Source: Candidatus Moraniibacteriota bacterium (lineage in GTDB: Bacteria > Patescibacteriota > Minisyncoccia > Moranbacterales > UBA1568). From it: a DNA stretch of 64,000 nucleotides. The DNA is taken from positions 23,527 through 87,526 of the forward strand of contig JBPOHW010000004.1 of the NCBI GenBank assembly GCA_052035095.1, read 5' to 3'. A program made the translations under genes and the position numbers. The notes beneath the pieces were generated by a model, which had not been told where the DNA came from, did no database searches, and saw only the letters and a list, made by a program, of their open reading frames with translations. This document shows, in pieces, positions 1 to 10,308 of this stretch (position 1 is its first letter; every line of letters begins with the position of its first letter).

Positions 1-1894
1 TTATTTTGCGATTCCGATAAGCGTTCTCGTTTCGGCGTTTGCTTCGTTTCTTTTTATTCCCTCGGCGCTTCCGTCTCTCGCCAATCCCAAGCCGTCAAAG
101 GCGTTTCCGGTCGAATTTTTTTCCGCGGCGATTCTCGTGACGATATCGACCGCTCTCTTTACCACGGTAGACGTGCTTTTGGCGAAGCACTTTATGTTCG
201 AGCGGAATGCCGGGGAATACGCGCTTCTGTCCTTGGTCGGCAAGGTGATTTTCTTTCTCGGCATTATGCCGAATATGTTCATGGTGACCTTTGTCGGACG
301 AAACCGAGGATTGGGAAAGGGAACGAAGAGCGTGTTTCGAATTATTTACTCGATTTCGGCGATTATAGTCACGGGAAGCGTGCTCGTGTTCGGATTTTTC
401 GGAGAGACGTTTGCCACATTGCTGTTCGGCGAAAAAATTCTCCAAATCGCATCTTTCCTTCCGATGTATACCGCGGCGATCGCTTTCTTCACACTCTCGA
501 CCATTATTGTGACGTATCATCTCGCGCGCAAACGGTATGTGTTCGTCTTTGCGGCGCTTTGTATGTCGCTTGCGGAAGCGGTGGGTATCTATCGGCTTCA
601 TTGGTCGCTCGACGGTGTCGTGTGGGTAGTCTTCCTCTCGAGTTTTTTTGGGTGGGTGCTTCTCGAATTCTTGCATTTTTCGGAACCGTCTTTTCAGTTC
701 TTCGGTCGGGCGTATCGGGATTTCCTCGGCGCCTTTCGGGGGCGTTCTCCGGAAGGAAAATTATCTTCAATCGGCAAGCGCGTACTCATTTTTAACTGGC
801 GCGATACGCGACACGCCTATAGCGGCGGCGCGGAAGTGTATGTCGAGGAAATCGCGAAGCGGTGGGTATCGGAAGGGCATACGGTTACGTTGTTCTGCGG
901 CAATGACGGGAAGTCTCCTCGGCACGAGACGCGAGACGGTATCCGCATTGTGCGTCGAGGCGGGTTTTACCTGGTCTACGCATGGGCGTTCGTGTATTAT
1001 TTCACTCGGTTTCGCGGGAAGTACGATGTGATTCTCGATTGCGAAAACGGCATCCCGTTTTTTACGCCATTCTATGTCAAGGAACCGGTCGTTTGCCTGT
1101 TGCATCACGTGCATCAAGACGTGTTCTTCCGATTTTTGCCGAAGCCCTTGGCGATGTTCGCGAGCTTTCTCGAGAAAACGCTGATGCCCTTGGTGTACGC
1201 GCGGGTTCCGTTCGTGACGGTGTCGCAGTCGAGTCGGAAAGATATGGAAGCGCTCGGTATCGGGAAAGCGGGCATTCGTATCGTCCACCCCGGAGTTCAT
1301 CTCGATGAGTTTGTTCCGTCCGAGCGGAAAACCGATCGACCGACTATTCTGTATCTCGGGAGGTTAAAAGCATACAAGTCGATCGATGTGTTACTTCGCG
1401 CGTTTCGATCAGTCATCGCCGAGCGACCGGAGGCTGAACTCATTATTGCCGGAGACGGCGATGAAGAATCCGCGTTGAAACGCTTGGCGTTTGAGGAGCT
1501 CCGCCTTGGGAGCGAGCGTGTTCGGTTTGTCGGTCACGTGTCGGAAGAAAAGAAGAAAGCGCTTCTTCAGGATGCATGGATGCTGATCAATCCGTCGATG
1601 ATGGAGGGGTGGGGCATTGTCGCGATCGAGGCGAACGCGTGCGGGACGCCGGTTGTCGCTTCCGATGTGCCGGGATTGCGCGATTCGGTAAAGAATCCGC
1701 ACTCCGGTTTTCTCGTTCCCTATGGCGACGCGGACGCGTTTGCCGAGAAAATGCTGCTTCTCATTCGCGATCGCGAGCTCCGGCTCGGTATGAATCGCGG
1801 CGCGCGCGAATGGGCGGAGCGGTTTGATTGGAATGTGTCGAGTAAATTGATGTTTGAGGCGATCTCTGTTTCAAATGATGAACGAGTGATATGA
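1..1894 (+). CDS. Fusion protein (5' partial at window edge): polytopic membrane domain (MOP/flippase-like) fused to a C-terminal GT4-family glycosyltransferase
   Basis: The frame is open from position 2 with no stop, so the N-terminus lies upstream of the window. The N-terminal ~190 aa are hydrophobic multi-TM. The C-terminal half carries the GT4/GT1 signature (EGWGIVAIEANACGTPVVASDVPGLRDSV, E-x7-E-like). It overlaps the next gene by 4 nt (ATGA). Confidence 0.7.
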   Translation, partial: YFAIPISVLVSAFASFLFIPSALPSLANPKPSKAFPVEFFSAAILVTISTALFTTVDVLLAKHFMFERNAGEYALLSLVGKVIFFLGIMPNMFMVTFVGRNRGLGKGTKSVFRIIYSISAIIVTGSVLVFGFFGETFATLLFGEKILQIASFLPMYTAAIAFFTLSTIIVTYHLARKRYVFVFAALCMSLAEAVGIYRLHWSLDGVVWVVFLSSFFGWVLLEFLHFSEPSFQFFGRAYRDFLGAFRGRSPEGKLSSIGKRVLIFNWRDTRHAYSGGAEVYVEEIAKRWVSEGHTVTLFCGNDGKSPRHETRDGIRIVRRGGFYLVYAWAFVYYFTRFRGKYDVILDCENGIPFFTPFYVKEPVVCLLHHVHQDVFFRFLPKPLAMFASFLEKTLMPLVYARVPFVTVSQSSRKDMEALGIGKAGIRIVHPGVHLDEFVPSERKTDRPTILYLGRLKAYKSIDVLLRAFRSVIAERPEAELIIAGDGDEESALKRLAFEELRLGSERVRFVGHVSEEKKKALLQDAWMLINPSMMEGWGIVAIEANACGTPVVASDVPGLRDSVKNPHSGFLVPYGDADAFAEKMLLLIRDRELRLGMNRGAREWAERFDWNVSSKLMFEAISVSNDERVI

Positions 1895-2793
1895 AACCAT
1901 TTACCGTTATCGTGGGCGTACCGGCATACAACGAGGAAGCGAATATCGCTTTCTTGCTTGAAGATATCCTGAGACAACGGTGTGAGAGTTTTGTCTTGAA
2001 AGAAATCGTGATCGTGTCGGATGGAAGCACGGATGAAACGTCGGATATCGCGAAGCGATATGAGTTTCGCGCGGTTTCGGTTCGAGGTGACGGAAAGCGA
2101 AAAGGAAAGGCGACAAGACTGAATGAAATTTTTGATGCCGCCCGGGGTCGCGCGGACGCGGTGGTACTCTTCGATGCCGATATCGCGCTTGTCGGAGACG
2201 AGGTGCTCGAGAAAATGGTCGGCGCGGTTCGTTCCGGCGCGGACCTGGTATCTTCGGAACTTTTGGCACTTCCGCCGAAGACGATGACCGGTCGGGCGAT
2301 TTTTGCGAGTCATGAATTGAAGCGACGGATGTTTGCCGAGTGGAGGCGGGGAGAGAATATCTATGCGTGCCATGGCGCGGCCCGCGCGTTTTCAAGTCGC
2401 CTTTTCCCCATCCTTCGGTTCAAAGAAAGTGTCGGCGAGGATGCGTATTCGTATCTTTTTGCCAAACAGCGAGGGTTTCGATATGCTCGCGTGTCGACCG
2501 CGGCGGTTCGCATTCGCGTGCCGGAAACGCTGCGGGATCACGAGAAACAGAGCCGGAGATTTACGGATTCGCAAGCGCTTTTTTTTCGCGAATTCGGACG
2601 AATTGCGGTTTCGGAAGAATACCGGTATCCGAAGTCATTGTTGGTGAGGTATTTCTCGAAATTTTTTCTAATACACCCCTTTGCACTCTCGTGGTATGTG
2701 GGTATTATGTTATATCTCCGCTTTTTCTCTCGGTTTCGCGAACAACAAGGAACATGGTCACCCGCATCGAGCTCCAAGGTTCTCCACTCATAA
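1891..2793 (+). CDS. GT2-family glycosyltransferase
   Basis: N-terminal GT-A fold motifs (VIVGVPAYNEEANIAFLLEDIL; IVIVSDGSTDETSDIA; DAD acceptor motif). ATG overlaps the upstream stop (ATGA), indicating translational coupling. Confidence 0.75.
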   Translation: MKPFTVIVGVPAYNEEANIAFLLEDILRQRCESFVLKEIVIVSDGSTDETSDIAKRYEFRAVSVRGDGKRKGKATRLNEIFDAARGRADAVVLFDADIALVGDEVLEKMVGAVRSGADLVSSELLALPPKTMTGRAIFASHELKRRMFAEWRRGENIYACHGAARAFSSRLFPILRFKESVGEDAYSYLFAKQRGFRYARVSTAAVRIRVPETLRDHEKQSRRFTDSQALFFREFGRIAVSEEYRYPKSLLVRYFSKFFLIHPFALSWYVGIMLYLRFFSRFREQQGTWSPASSSKVLHS

Positions 2794-2806
2794 TAATCGC
2801 GTCGAT

Positions 2807-3619
2807 ATGTTTTCTTTCGGATCTTCCATGTCACTTCGTGTTCGTCGAATTGTATATACATTTCTTCGGATTTCGGATGTTTTTTTCCCGCGCCGTCGAG
2901 ACAAGCTGGTGATTTTTTCCTACCACAGCATTGCAAAAGACGCGTGGCGTTTCAGTATCGATCCGGAACTGTTTCGAGTCCAGATCGAGGCGCTTCTCTC
3001 GACATACCGACCCATCTCTCTTTCGGAGGCGGTTGAGTTTCTTTACGGAAAACGTGTGATTGAACAACCTTCGTTTGTTTTGACTTTTGATGATGGCTAT
3101 CGAGATATTCTCGACGTGAAGGAATTTCTCGCGGAAAAGAAGATTCGTCCGACGTGTTTCATCCTTTCCGATTCTCCGCGCGCGGATCTCGCGGAATTGG
3201 GGACGCGACGAGAATTTCTGAATGTCGCCGATATCCGAGAGTTGATGTCCTCGGGATGGGAAGTCGGGTGTCATAGCGCGACGCACGGAGATTTTTGGGC
3301 GATGACGCCGGAGAGGATTTTCGAGGAGACGGCAAACGCCAAGAAAAAACTCGAAGCCGAACTCGGCGTTCCCGTCCGATATTTCGCCTATCCGCGGGGA
3401 CGGTATACGGACGCGGCGAAGCGCATCATACGGGACGCTGGGTATGATTTGGCGCTCTCTATGGATGACGGATTTCTTTCGACCAAGACCGATCTTCTCG
3501 CCGTGCCGCGTATCGGCGTCGATCGGACGCACACATTGAAAGAATTCGGCGCGATTCACACGGACGCGGCGATACTCTTTCGAAGACTGGTAAAAAAAAT
3601 TATTGGAAAATTTTTATGA
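2807..3619 (+). CDS. Polysaccharide deacetylase (NodB/CE4 family)
   Basis: NodB homology motifs TFDDGYRDI and HSATHGDF. The ORF track gives 2681, but that start overlaps the GT2 gene by 113 nt; the first ATG after the GT2 stop region (2807) is more likely. Confidence 0.7.
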   Translation: MFSFGSSMSLRVRRIVYTFLRISDVFFPRRRDKLVIFSYHSIAKDAWRFSIDPELFRVQIEALLSTYRPISLSEAVEFLYGKRVIEQPSFVLTFDDGYRDILDVKEFLAEKKIRPTCFILSDSPRADLAELGTRREFLNVADIRELMSSGWEVGCHSATHGDFWAMTPERIFEETANAKKKLEAELGVPVRYFAYPRGRYTDAAKRIIRDAGYDLALSMDDGFLSTKTDLLAVPRIGVDRTHTLKEFGAIHTDAAILFRRLVKKIIGKFL

Positions 3620-4350
3620 ATATGCGAAATACTCTTCTCAAAGTTCTCGGACCCGTTCGCGCTCGACTGATGCGAATGCTTCGACCGAAGTCCGGGTATT
3701 TTCTCTTTCCCGTTCCCATGCGAAAACTTGAGCCTATCAGTTCAAAATTCGGGTACGATCGGGGGACGCCTGTTGATCGGTACTATATCGAACGTTTTCT
3801 CGACGGAGTCAAACTCGATATTCGCGGGAAGTGTCTTGAGGTGACGGACAGCGCTTATACAAAACGATTCGGCGAAGATCGGGTGACAAAGAGCGAAGTG
3901 GTTGACATTGATCGAAATAACACAAACGCGACGATCCTTGCCGATCTCCGCGATATGCGAAAGGAAATACCCGATGATACGTTTGATACGATTATCGCGA
4001 CGCACACATTTGGCGTGATTGATGATTTTGAAGCGGCGATACGCGAATGTGTGAGAATTTTGAAGCCGGGTGGCACACTGATTGCGACCGTATCATCCCT
4101 CGGTGTCGCCGCTGAACCCGAGCTTGCGTATTGGAGATTCACGAAGGCGTCGGCGCGATATGTGTTTGGGAAATACTTTGATCGAGAGACGCTCCGCATT
4201 TCGACATTTGGCAATGTGCTTTCGGGTCAAGCGTTTTGGGTGGGACTTGCCGCCGAGGAACTTTCCACAGAAGAGCTTCGAAAAAATGATGATCGGTATC
4301 CGATCGTTATCGGTATTTCCGCAAAGAAAAGTCTTCACGATAATTCATAA
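3616..4350 (+). CDS. Class I SAM-dependent methyltransferase
   Basis: Methyltransf_11-like motifs (LEVTDSAY..; ILKPGGTLIAT post-I motif). ATG overlaps the upstream stop. Confidence 0.6.
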   Translation: MNMRNTLLKVLGPVRARLMRMLRPKSGYFLFPVPMRKLEPISSKFGYDRGTPVDRYYIERFLDGVKLDIRGKCLEVTDSAYTKRFGEDRVTKSEVVDIDRNNTNATILADLRDMRKEIPDDTFDTIIATHTFGVIDDFEAAIRECVRILKPGGTLIATVSSLGVAAEPELAYWRFTKASARYVFGKYFDRETLRISTFGNVLSGQAFWVGLAAEELSTEELRKNDDRYPIVIGISAKKSLHDNS

Positions 4351-4361
4351 GAGAAAGATGT

Positions 4362-5570
4362 ATGAACTCCAATGTGACCAAACTCTCGAAAGAAGAAAAG
4401 CGGCTTGATGTCGTGGTGAAGTTTTTTTATCCGGTCGTTGCCGGTATCGAAACGAATATCTTGAATATCTATTCCTATCTGGCGACACAGGGGTGGGAGG
4501 TGGTGATTCATACCTCGACGAGTACGCCGGACGCGCCTCATTCGCTACCGAGTACGGGGGAGATTCGCGGACTTTCCATTCGCCGATACCGATGGCGTTG
4601 GTACGGATTTGTTCCGGATATTGATTGGCGACGGTCGGGTTCGGTATGTCTTCACAACTTCAATGTGTTTCCGCACAGTTGGATGCTGTCACTCCTCCTG
4701 TTTTTGAAAATGATTCGCCGGACGCGCCGCGCCGTTTTTCTTATTCCTCACGGTGGATATACGCCCGGCTGGTGGACATTTACGCGATTTCAGAGAATAT
4801 CGAAGCGTCTGTATCAGAAATTTATCGGGACATTCTTGATTAACCGTTCGGTAGATGGTCTTCGATCCGTTTCGGAATGGGAAACCGAAGAAACGATCAA
4901 GAGCGGTGTTCGTCGCGATATCGTCGAGACGATTCCAAACGGCATCGAGAAGGAAGTGTATTCCGATATTGAGCGGTTGGCGAGCGATCGTATTCGAACG
5001 CTGGTGAAGGAGCTTGGCGAATATGTGGTTCAGGTCGGGCGTATCCATCCCATCAAGAATCAGTTGACAACGATTCGCGCCGTCGCGAAGGTTCCCGGTG
5101 TCGCGTTTGCGATTGCGGGTCCCGTTACCGATGAAGCGTACAAGAAAACACTCGACGAAGAAATCCGAAAGCTCGGCGTTGCCGATCGAATTCATTTTCT
5201 CGGTGTCGTTGACGGAGTTGACAAGTACTACCTTCTTCGTCATTCTTTGGCAAATACGCATATGGCGTCGTGGGAGAGCTACTGCAATGCCGTTCACGAG
5301 TCAATGAGTCAGGGTTGTATTTGTATTGTCGCCAAAGATACGGCATTGGAAGAACTTATTCGAGATGGCGTAAACGGATACGCGGTTCCCGTTTCGGATG
5401 CTGAGGGAGTCGCGGATAAAATACGCTTTGTTCTCCACAATAGAGAGAGCGAAACGATAGCGGCGATGCGGAAGCGAAATATTGATTTTACGGCAGGGCA
5501 CTCCTGGGATGATCTCGCGCGGCGAGTTGAGGCGTTTTATACGAAAATTCTTCTTGGGAAGCGGTCATAA
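4362..5570 (+). CDS. GT4-family glycosyltransferase
   Basis: GT-B fold C-terminal domain with GT4-like E-x7-E region (WESYCNAVHESMSQGCICIV) and typical length (~400 aa). Confidence 0.65.
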   Translation: MNSNVTKLSKEEKRLDVVVKFFYPVVAGIETNILNIYSYLATQGWEVVIHTSTSTPDAPHSLPSTGEIRGLSIRRYRWRWYGFVPDIDWRRSGSVCLHNFNVFPHSWMLSLLLFLKMIRRTRRAVFLIPHGGYTPGWWTFTRFQRISKRLYQKFIGTFLINRSVDGLRSVSEWETEETIKSGVRRDIVETIPNGIEKEVYSDIERLASDRIRTLVKELGEYVVQVGRIHPIKNQLTTIRAVAKVPGVAFAIAGPVTDEAYKKTLDEEIRKLGVADRIHFLGVVDGVDKYYLLRHSLANTHMASWESYCNAVHESMSQGCICIVAKDTALEELIRDGVNGYAVPVSDAEGVADKIRFVLHNRESETIAAMRKRNIDFTAGHSWDDLARRVEAFYTKILLGKRS

Positions 5571-5585
5571 ATCTCTCTTTATTGT

Positions 5586-7169
5586 ATGAATGTATTTTTG
5601 AAAGTATTCGGGTTCAGTAGAATTTCTTCTGGGTGGCTCCTTTTGTGTTTTTCGGCGCTTGTTTTTTTGTTCGCGCTTCGCGGGCTTCCGGGGAATCCGA
5701 CGGCGGAAGAAATGATGGCGACGGAAACGTGGCGATCCGAGGGTCCGCTTGAGCTGTCTCCAGAGCGGGGACGTTTCGCGCTCCTCTACTCTATCGTTGA
5801 AGATGAATCTCTCTTTTTTTCGCTTCCGGTTGCTCGTCTTGCGACGCCCGACCTCGCTCTCAATCCGGAGGGGAAATTCGTTTCGCTTTTCGCGCCGTTC
5901 CTCTCGTTTATCCTTATACCCGGGTACTTCACTGGGAAATTGTTGGGAGCATCCGTTGTCGGGGCGATTGCCATGATCGCGCTTTTCGCGGCGGGAAACG
6001 CTCTGTTTGTTCGAGCTATAGCGCTTCGTCTTGGCGCCGGAAGGAACGCGGCATCGCTTGGCGCGCTCACGTTTCTTTTCGGGACGCCAGCATTTGCCTA
6101 TGGGACGACACTCTACCAGCATCATGTTTCCGTGTTTTTACTTCTTTTTTCGGTGTACGCATTGCTTCGTTGGAATACTTTTTGGTCGCTTTCGCTGGTG
6201 TTTTTGTTGATCGGCATATCCGTACCGCTCGACAATCCGAATGCGTTTCTCTTCATCCCGATTGCTCTGTGGGCATTGGCGCGTATCGTATCGGTGAAGG
6301 CAGGGGAGTCCGGAGACGCTTTTTCGATGACGGCTCGTCCGCTCCTACTTTTTTCCGGATTGATTGTCGTGGTCCCGCTTCTGCTTTTTATGTGGTACAA
6401 CGTAACGGTAAACGGCGGGGTACTTCAGCTTTCCGGAACGCTCCCGAATGTTCCCGCGATTTCCGAGAATGGATTGGCTCTTGACTCCGATCCCAATCAA
6501 CACACGGAAAAAAAGCCGGAAGAGAGAGAAGAGAAAACAGCGATTGGTTTTTTTGAGACGAGAAATATTTTGAACGGACTCTATGTTCATCTCGTGAGTC
6601 CCGATCGCGGTACTCTTCGATATACTCCGGTTATACTGCTTGGAATTTTTGGATTTGTTTTACTGTATCGGAAGAAGAAGTTTCTTGTTTTGAATGTGCT
6701 CGCTGGCGTTTCTTTGGTGACGCTCCTCCTCTATTCACTCTGGGGTGATCCGTGGGGCGGGTGGGCGTTTGGGTCGCGATATCTTATCCCGGCATACGCG
6801 ATGCTTGGTATCGGTATCAGTATCGCGCTTGAGGAATGGAAGAAGTCTCGTGTTTTTCTCGGTGTTTTTTGCGCGCTTTTCGTTTATTCCGTCGGCGTGA
6901 ATACGCTCGGGGCGATCACGTCGAGCGCGAATCCGCCGCAAATACAGGTCTTGGAACTCGAAGCGCTTTCCGGAAAAGAGCAAAAGTACACCTTCGCGAG
7001 AAACTGGCAGTATCTCCACGAATCGGGATCGAAATCGCTTGCGTATCAAATTGGGATGAATCGACGTATGAGTGCCGAGGCGTACTATTGGTTTCTGGTC
7101 ACGCTTGTTGTCGCGGGGTCGTCGGGGTTTCTTGTTTCTCTCGCCCGTGAAAAAAATCGTACACTATGA
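5586..7169 (+). CDS. Polytopic integral membrane protein, putative GT-C-type glycosyltransferase (ArnT/PMT/YfhO-like)
   Basis: More than 10 predicted TM helices with a soluble-loop architecture, lying inside the glycosyltransferase cluster. The family assignment is tentative. Confidence 0.45.
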   Translation: MNVFLKVFGFSRISSGWLLLCFSALVFLFALRGLPGNPTAEEMMATETWRSEGPLELSPERGRFALLYSIVEDESLFFSLPVARLATPDLALNPEGKFVSLFAPFLSFILIPGYFTGKLLGASVVGAIAMIALFAAGNALFVRAIALRLGAGRNAASLGALTFLFGTPAFAYGTTLYQHHVSVFLLLFSVYALLRWNTFWSLSLVFLLIGISVPLDNPNAFLFIPIALWALARIVSVKAGESGDAFSMTARPLLLFSGLIVVVPLLLFMWYNVTVNGGVLQLSGTLPNVPAISENGLALDSDPNQHTEKKPEEREEKTAIGFFETRNILNGLYVHLVSPDRGTLRYTPVILLGIFGFVLLYRKKKFLVLNVLAGVSLVTLLLYSLWGDPWGGWAFGSRYLIPAYAMLGIGISIALEEWKKSRVFLGVFCALFVYSVGVNTLGAITSSANPPQIQVLELEALSGKEQKYTFARNWQYLHESGSKSLAYQIGMNRRMSAEAYYWFLVTLVVAGSSGFLVSLAREKNRTL

Positions 7170-8797
7170 AATTCTCCGGAAAACAATTCTTCGGATTCCA
7201 ATGGTCGATTTCGCGCGAACGGATTGATGGCGTTCGAGCTTTTTTTGAGCGGCACGGGACGGCGATTGTTATGAGCGTTCTCTCGGCGGTTTCCGTGTGG
7301 GCGTTTTTGCACTATTACTCGAACGGTTTGGGACTTGCTTATAACGACGCGCGGTCGCATCTCGATATCGGGCGGCGCGTGGTCGAGGGACTTCGACCCG
7401 GATTTGCGCAGTTGGGGAGTGTGTGGTTGCCTTTGACGCACCTCTTGATGACGCTCACGATCTGGAATGATTTTATGTGGCATTCGGGACTCGCGGGGGC
7501 GCTCTGGTCTATGGTCGCGTTTGTCGGGACCGGCGTTCTCATCTTTCTTTTTTTGCGCGAGCTTGGCGTGGGACTTTTGGGGCGATTCGTCGGCGTCGCT
7601 CTCTTTGCAACGAACCTCAACATTCTCTATCTTCAGTCAACCGCGATGACAGAGCTCGTGCTCTTGGGAACGATGACCGCCGCCGTCTATTTCCTGCTTC
7701 TCTGGTATACGCGGAAGAAGCTCCCGTTTTTGCTCCTCTCGGCTCTCTTCGTGATGTTCTCGACACTCGTTCGATATGACGGGTGGTTTCTCCTGTTCTT
7801 TCTCTCGATGATGATTGTCGTCTCGGTGTGGAAGTCCGGAGGGTACGTGAAGTCCGAGGGGACATTTGTGCTCTTTGCGACACTTGGCGGATTCGGGGTT
7901 TTTCTGTGGCTTCTGTGGAATCTTCTTATTTTCGGTGATCCGCTTTTCTTCGCCTTCGGTCCCTACTCGGCGCATACGCAACAACTGGATCTCGCGTCGG
8001 CGGGCGTCCTTCCGACCAAGGGCGATTGGTTGCTCTCGGCAAAGATGTATTTCTACGCGCTCGCGTACAATACAAACGCCTTCGCGCTCTTCTTGGGCGT
8101 GATCGGGTCGGCGCTTCTTTTCTTTGATCGACGTATCGCGCCTCGGGCGCGGTTTGCGACACTCGCGTTGTTCGCGCCGCTTTTCTTCAATATCTTGGCA
8201 CTCTATCTCGGACATTCGGTTCTCTTTATCCAGGGGCTCTCGGGAGATACGTGGTTCAATGTGCGCTATGGCATTATGATGATGCCGTCGGTCGCCATCT
8301 TTGTCGGGTATCTCGTTCATCGGGCGGCGGGACTTCGTCCCGTGCTCGTCGGGCTTTTGCTCTTTGTGCTCTTTTTCCAATTCTCAAGTCACGACGCGGT
8401 GACGATTGACGACGGACGCGTGGGATCGAGTCAGAAAAACGTGACGGAAGTTGCCGGATGGCTCGCGAAAAACGCGGGTCCGCGCGAGGGCTTCATCCTC
8501 ATCTCCGCCGCGTCGCATGACTCTATCATTTTCTCTTCGGGACTTCCGATGAGTCGATTCATCCACGAAGGAACGGGACCCTACTACGCGAGCGCGATTG
8601 AGAACCCCGATCGGTGGGCGCGCTGGATCGTCGTTCGGACAAACTCGGACAGTGACTCGACGTGGCGACTTCTCAAAGATAGTTTCGGATTTCTCGACCG
8701 CTACACCAAGGTGGACTCGTATCCCTTCGCGGACGTGTACGAGTTGAAACCCGAGTATTTCGGCGGACTTATCACGGAGCCGGTGAGTGGGTGGTGA
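7166..8797 (+). CDS. Polytopic integral membrane protein, putative GT-C-type glycosyltransferase (paralogous architecture to 5586..7169)
   Basis: Multi-TM protein with an N-terminal loop motif (YNDARSHLDIGRRVVEG) reminiscent of ArnT/PMT-type GT-C enzymes. Overlaps the upstream gene by 4 nt. Confidence 0.45.
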   Translation: MKFSGKQFFGFQWSISRERIDGVRAFFERHGTAIVMSVLSAVSVWAFLHYYSNGLGLAYNDARSHLDIGRRVVEGLRPGFAQLGSVWLPLTHLLMTLTIWNDFMWHSGLAGALWSMVAFVGTGVLIFLFLRELGVGLLGRFVGVALFATNLNILYLQSTAMTELVLLGTMTAAVYFLLLWYTRKKLPFLLLSALFVMFSTLVRYDGWFLLFFLSMMIVVSVWKSGGYVKSEGTFVLFATLGGFGVFLWLLWNLLIFGDPLFFAFGPYSAHTQQLDLASAGVLPTKGDWLLSAKMYFYALAYNTNAFALFLGVIGSALLFFDRRIAPRARFATLALFAPLFFNILALYLGHSVLFIQGLSGDTWFNVRYGIMMMPSVAIFVGYLVHRAAGLRPVLVGLLLFVLFFQFSSHDAVTIDDGRVGSSQKNVTEVAGWLAKNAGPREGFILISAASHDSIIFSSGLPMSRFIHEGTGPYYASAIENPDRWARWIVVRTNSDSDSTWRLLKDSFGFLDRYTKVDSYPFADVYELKPEYFGGLITEPVSGW

Positions 8798-8844
8798 ATT
8801 TTTGATATTATACCAGCTTATTTTTAATCTCTGCTATCTTGTGA

Positions 8845-8939
8845 GTTGCCGAAACTGCAAAAAATATTTTTTCTCACATGCTCCTCGTTGGGCTCGGAGC
8901 AAGCTTTCGAAAAATTATTTTTTGCAGTTTCGGCGTGCA
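8845..8939 (+). repeat. Intergenic long-hairpin repeat element, copy 1 of 4 (GTTGCC-stem-loop-stem-GGCGTGCA)
   Basis: A ~25-bp stem (gccgaaactgcaaaaaatatttttt / aaaattattttttgcagtttcggc) with the conserved flanks GTTGCC...GGCGTGCA shared by the elements at 17482, 18542 and 21008. Located directly after a + strand gene stop. Confidence 0.8.
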
Positions 8940-9017
8940 CGGTAGAAGTCTTTAGAGTAATTTAGTATCATTCGAAAAACTTTTTGTTATACGACTGCTC
9001 CGTGATATTGTAGATTC

Positions 9018-10292
9018 ATGAAGTGGATATTTTTTGGTTTTGGTGTTTTTGCGGTGCTTGGCGCGGGAGGGATGTTGCTTCTCGGAGTGCTTTCATCCGG
9101 AAGCGGGAAGCTTATGGTGTACCCCAAGCCGGAGGCGAGCTTTTGGGCGTTTCGGTCGATTGATACGATGAAACACTCGCGGGATTTGGCGCGGGAGAAG
9201 CTTCATGACGCGTCGTATGACGCAGTGATTGAGCGAGAGGTGAAGGCTATCGCCGAGACGGGCGCTTCGCACATCGCGATTGCGACGCCGTATGATGAGG
9301 AATTTATTCCGTATCTTTCGCGGTGGGTTGAGGCGGCGAGGCGACACGATTTGCGCGTTTGGTTTCGCGGAAACTTCTCGGGATGGGAAGAGTGGTTCGG
9401 GTATTCGCGTATTTCACGCGAGGAACATCTTCAAAAAATGAAATCTTTTCTTCTGAAACACCCGGATCTTTTCCAAGACGGCGATGCGTTTTCGTCGTGT
9501 CCGGAATGTGAAAACGGCGGTCCGGGGGATCCGCGGCAGACGGGTGACGTGTCGGGATATCGAAACTTTTTGGTCGAAGAGTACGAGGCGGCGAACGAGT
9601 CGTTCGAGAAAACAGGGAAGCGGGTTATGACACATTTCTTTTCGATGAACGGCGATGTGGCGCGGCTCGTGATGGACAAAGACACGACGAAAAAGTTGGG
9701 CGGCGCGGTGACGGTGGACCACTATGTAAAGACACCCGAGACGCTCGCGCGCGACGCGGAGGATTTCATCGGACGAAGCGGTGGGAAGCTCGTTCTCGGG
9801 GAATTTGGCGCGCCGATCCCGGATATTCACGGGGCGATGAGCGAGGGTGAACAGGCAGAGTGGCTCGAAGATTCGCTCTACCGGCTCGCGCGCGTTCCGG
9901 ATGTGTTTGGCGTGAGCTACTGGACGCACGCGGGGAGTTCGACCGCGCTCTGGGATGAGAAAGGAAATGCTCGGGAGGCGGTCGGAATTCTTTCCAAATT
10001 CTATCGTCCCAAAGTGTTCTACGGCGTGGTGTCGGATGAATTGGGGACGCCGATTCGAGACGCGCGCGTGTCAATCGGCGGTGATGAGACCGAGACAAAT
10101 AACGAGGGCTACTTTGAGCTTCGCGCGCCGATCGGCGCCGGTGAAAAAACAATGATTTCCGTTTTCGCCCCGGGATTTCTCTCGGCCGACAATTCGGGCG
10201 AGGAATCACAAATGCGAATCATTCTCCGACGCGAACACGAAACAAAATGGTTCAAATTACAAAAATGGTTGAAAGAACGAGCGGGGAATTGA
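9018..10292 (+). CDS. Secreted/membrane-anchored putative glycoside hydrolase (TIM-barrel-like) with C-terminal carboxypeptidase-regulatory-like beta-sandwich domain
   Basis: N-terminal signal/TM segment. Central region carries glycosyl-hydrolase-like motifs (HIAIATPYDEEF..., EFGAP, SYWTH). The C-terminus resembles a CarbopepD_reg domain (GVVSDELGTPIRDARVSIGG...EGYFEL). The exact GH family cannot be assigned. Confidence 0.4.
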   Translation: MKWIFFGFGVFAVLGAGGMLLLGVLSSGSGKLMVYPKPEASFWAFRSIDTMKHSRDLAREKLHDASYDAVIEREVKAIAETGASHIAIATPYDEEFIPYLSRWVEAARRHDLRVWFRGNFSGWEEWFGYSRISREEHLQKMKSFLLKHPDLFQDGDAFSSCPECENGGPGDPRQTGDVSGYRNFLVEEYEAANESFEKTGKRVMTHFFSMNGDVARLVMDKDTTKKLGGAVTVDHYVKTPETLARDAEDFIGRSGGKLVLGEFGAPIPDIHGAMSEGEQAEWLEDSLYRLARVPDVFGVSYWTHAGSSTALWDEKGNAREAVGILSKFYRPKVFYGVVSDELGTPIRDARVSIGGDETETNNEGYFELRAPIGAGEKTMISVFAPGFLSADNSGEESQMRIILRREHETKWFKLQKWLKERAGN

Positions 10293-10308
10293 GAATGGGG
10301 AATGGAGA

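Noticed and set aside
95-1300. Minus-strand ORFs 95..676, 504..770, 767..1300 overlapping the first glycosyltransferase gene
   Set aside because: Shadow ORFs antisense to a strongly supported GT4 fusion gene. The translations are Arg/His-rich with no motifs.
7637-8380. 247-aa minus-strand ORF with a highly charged (E/R/K-rich) translation
   Set aside because: Antisense to the GT-C-like membrane protein gene; compositionally implausible.
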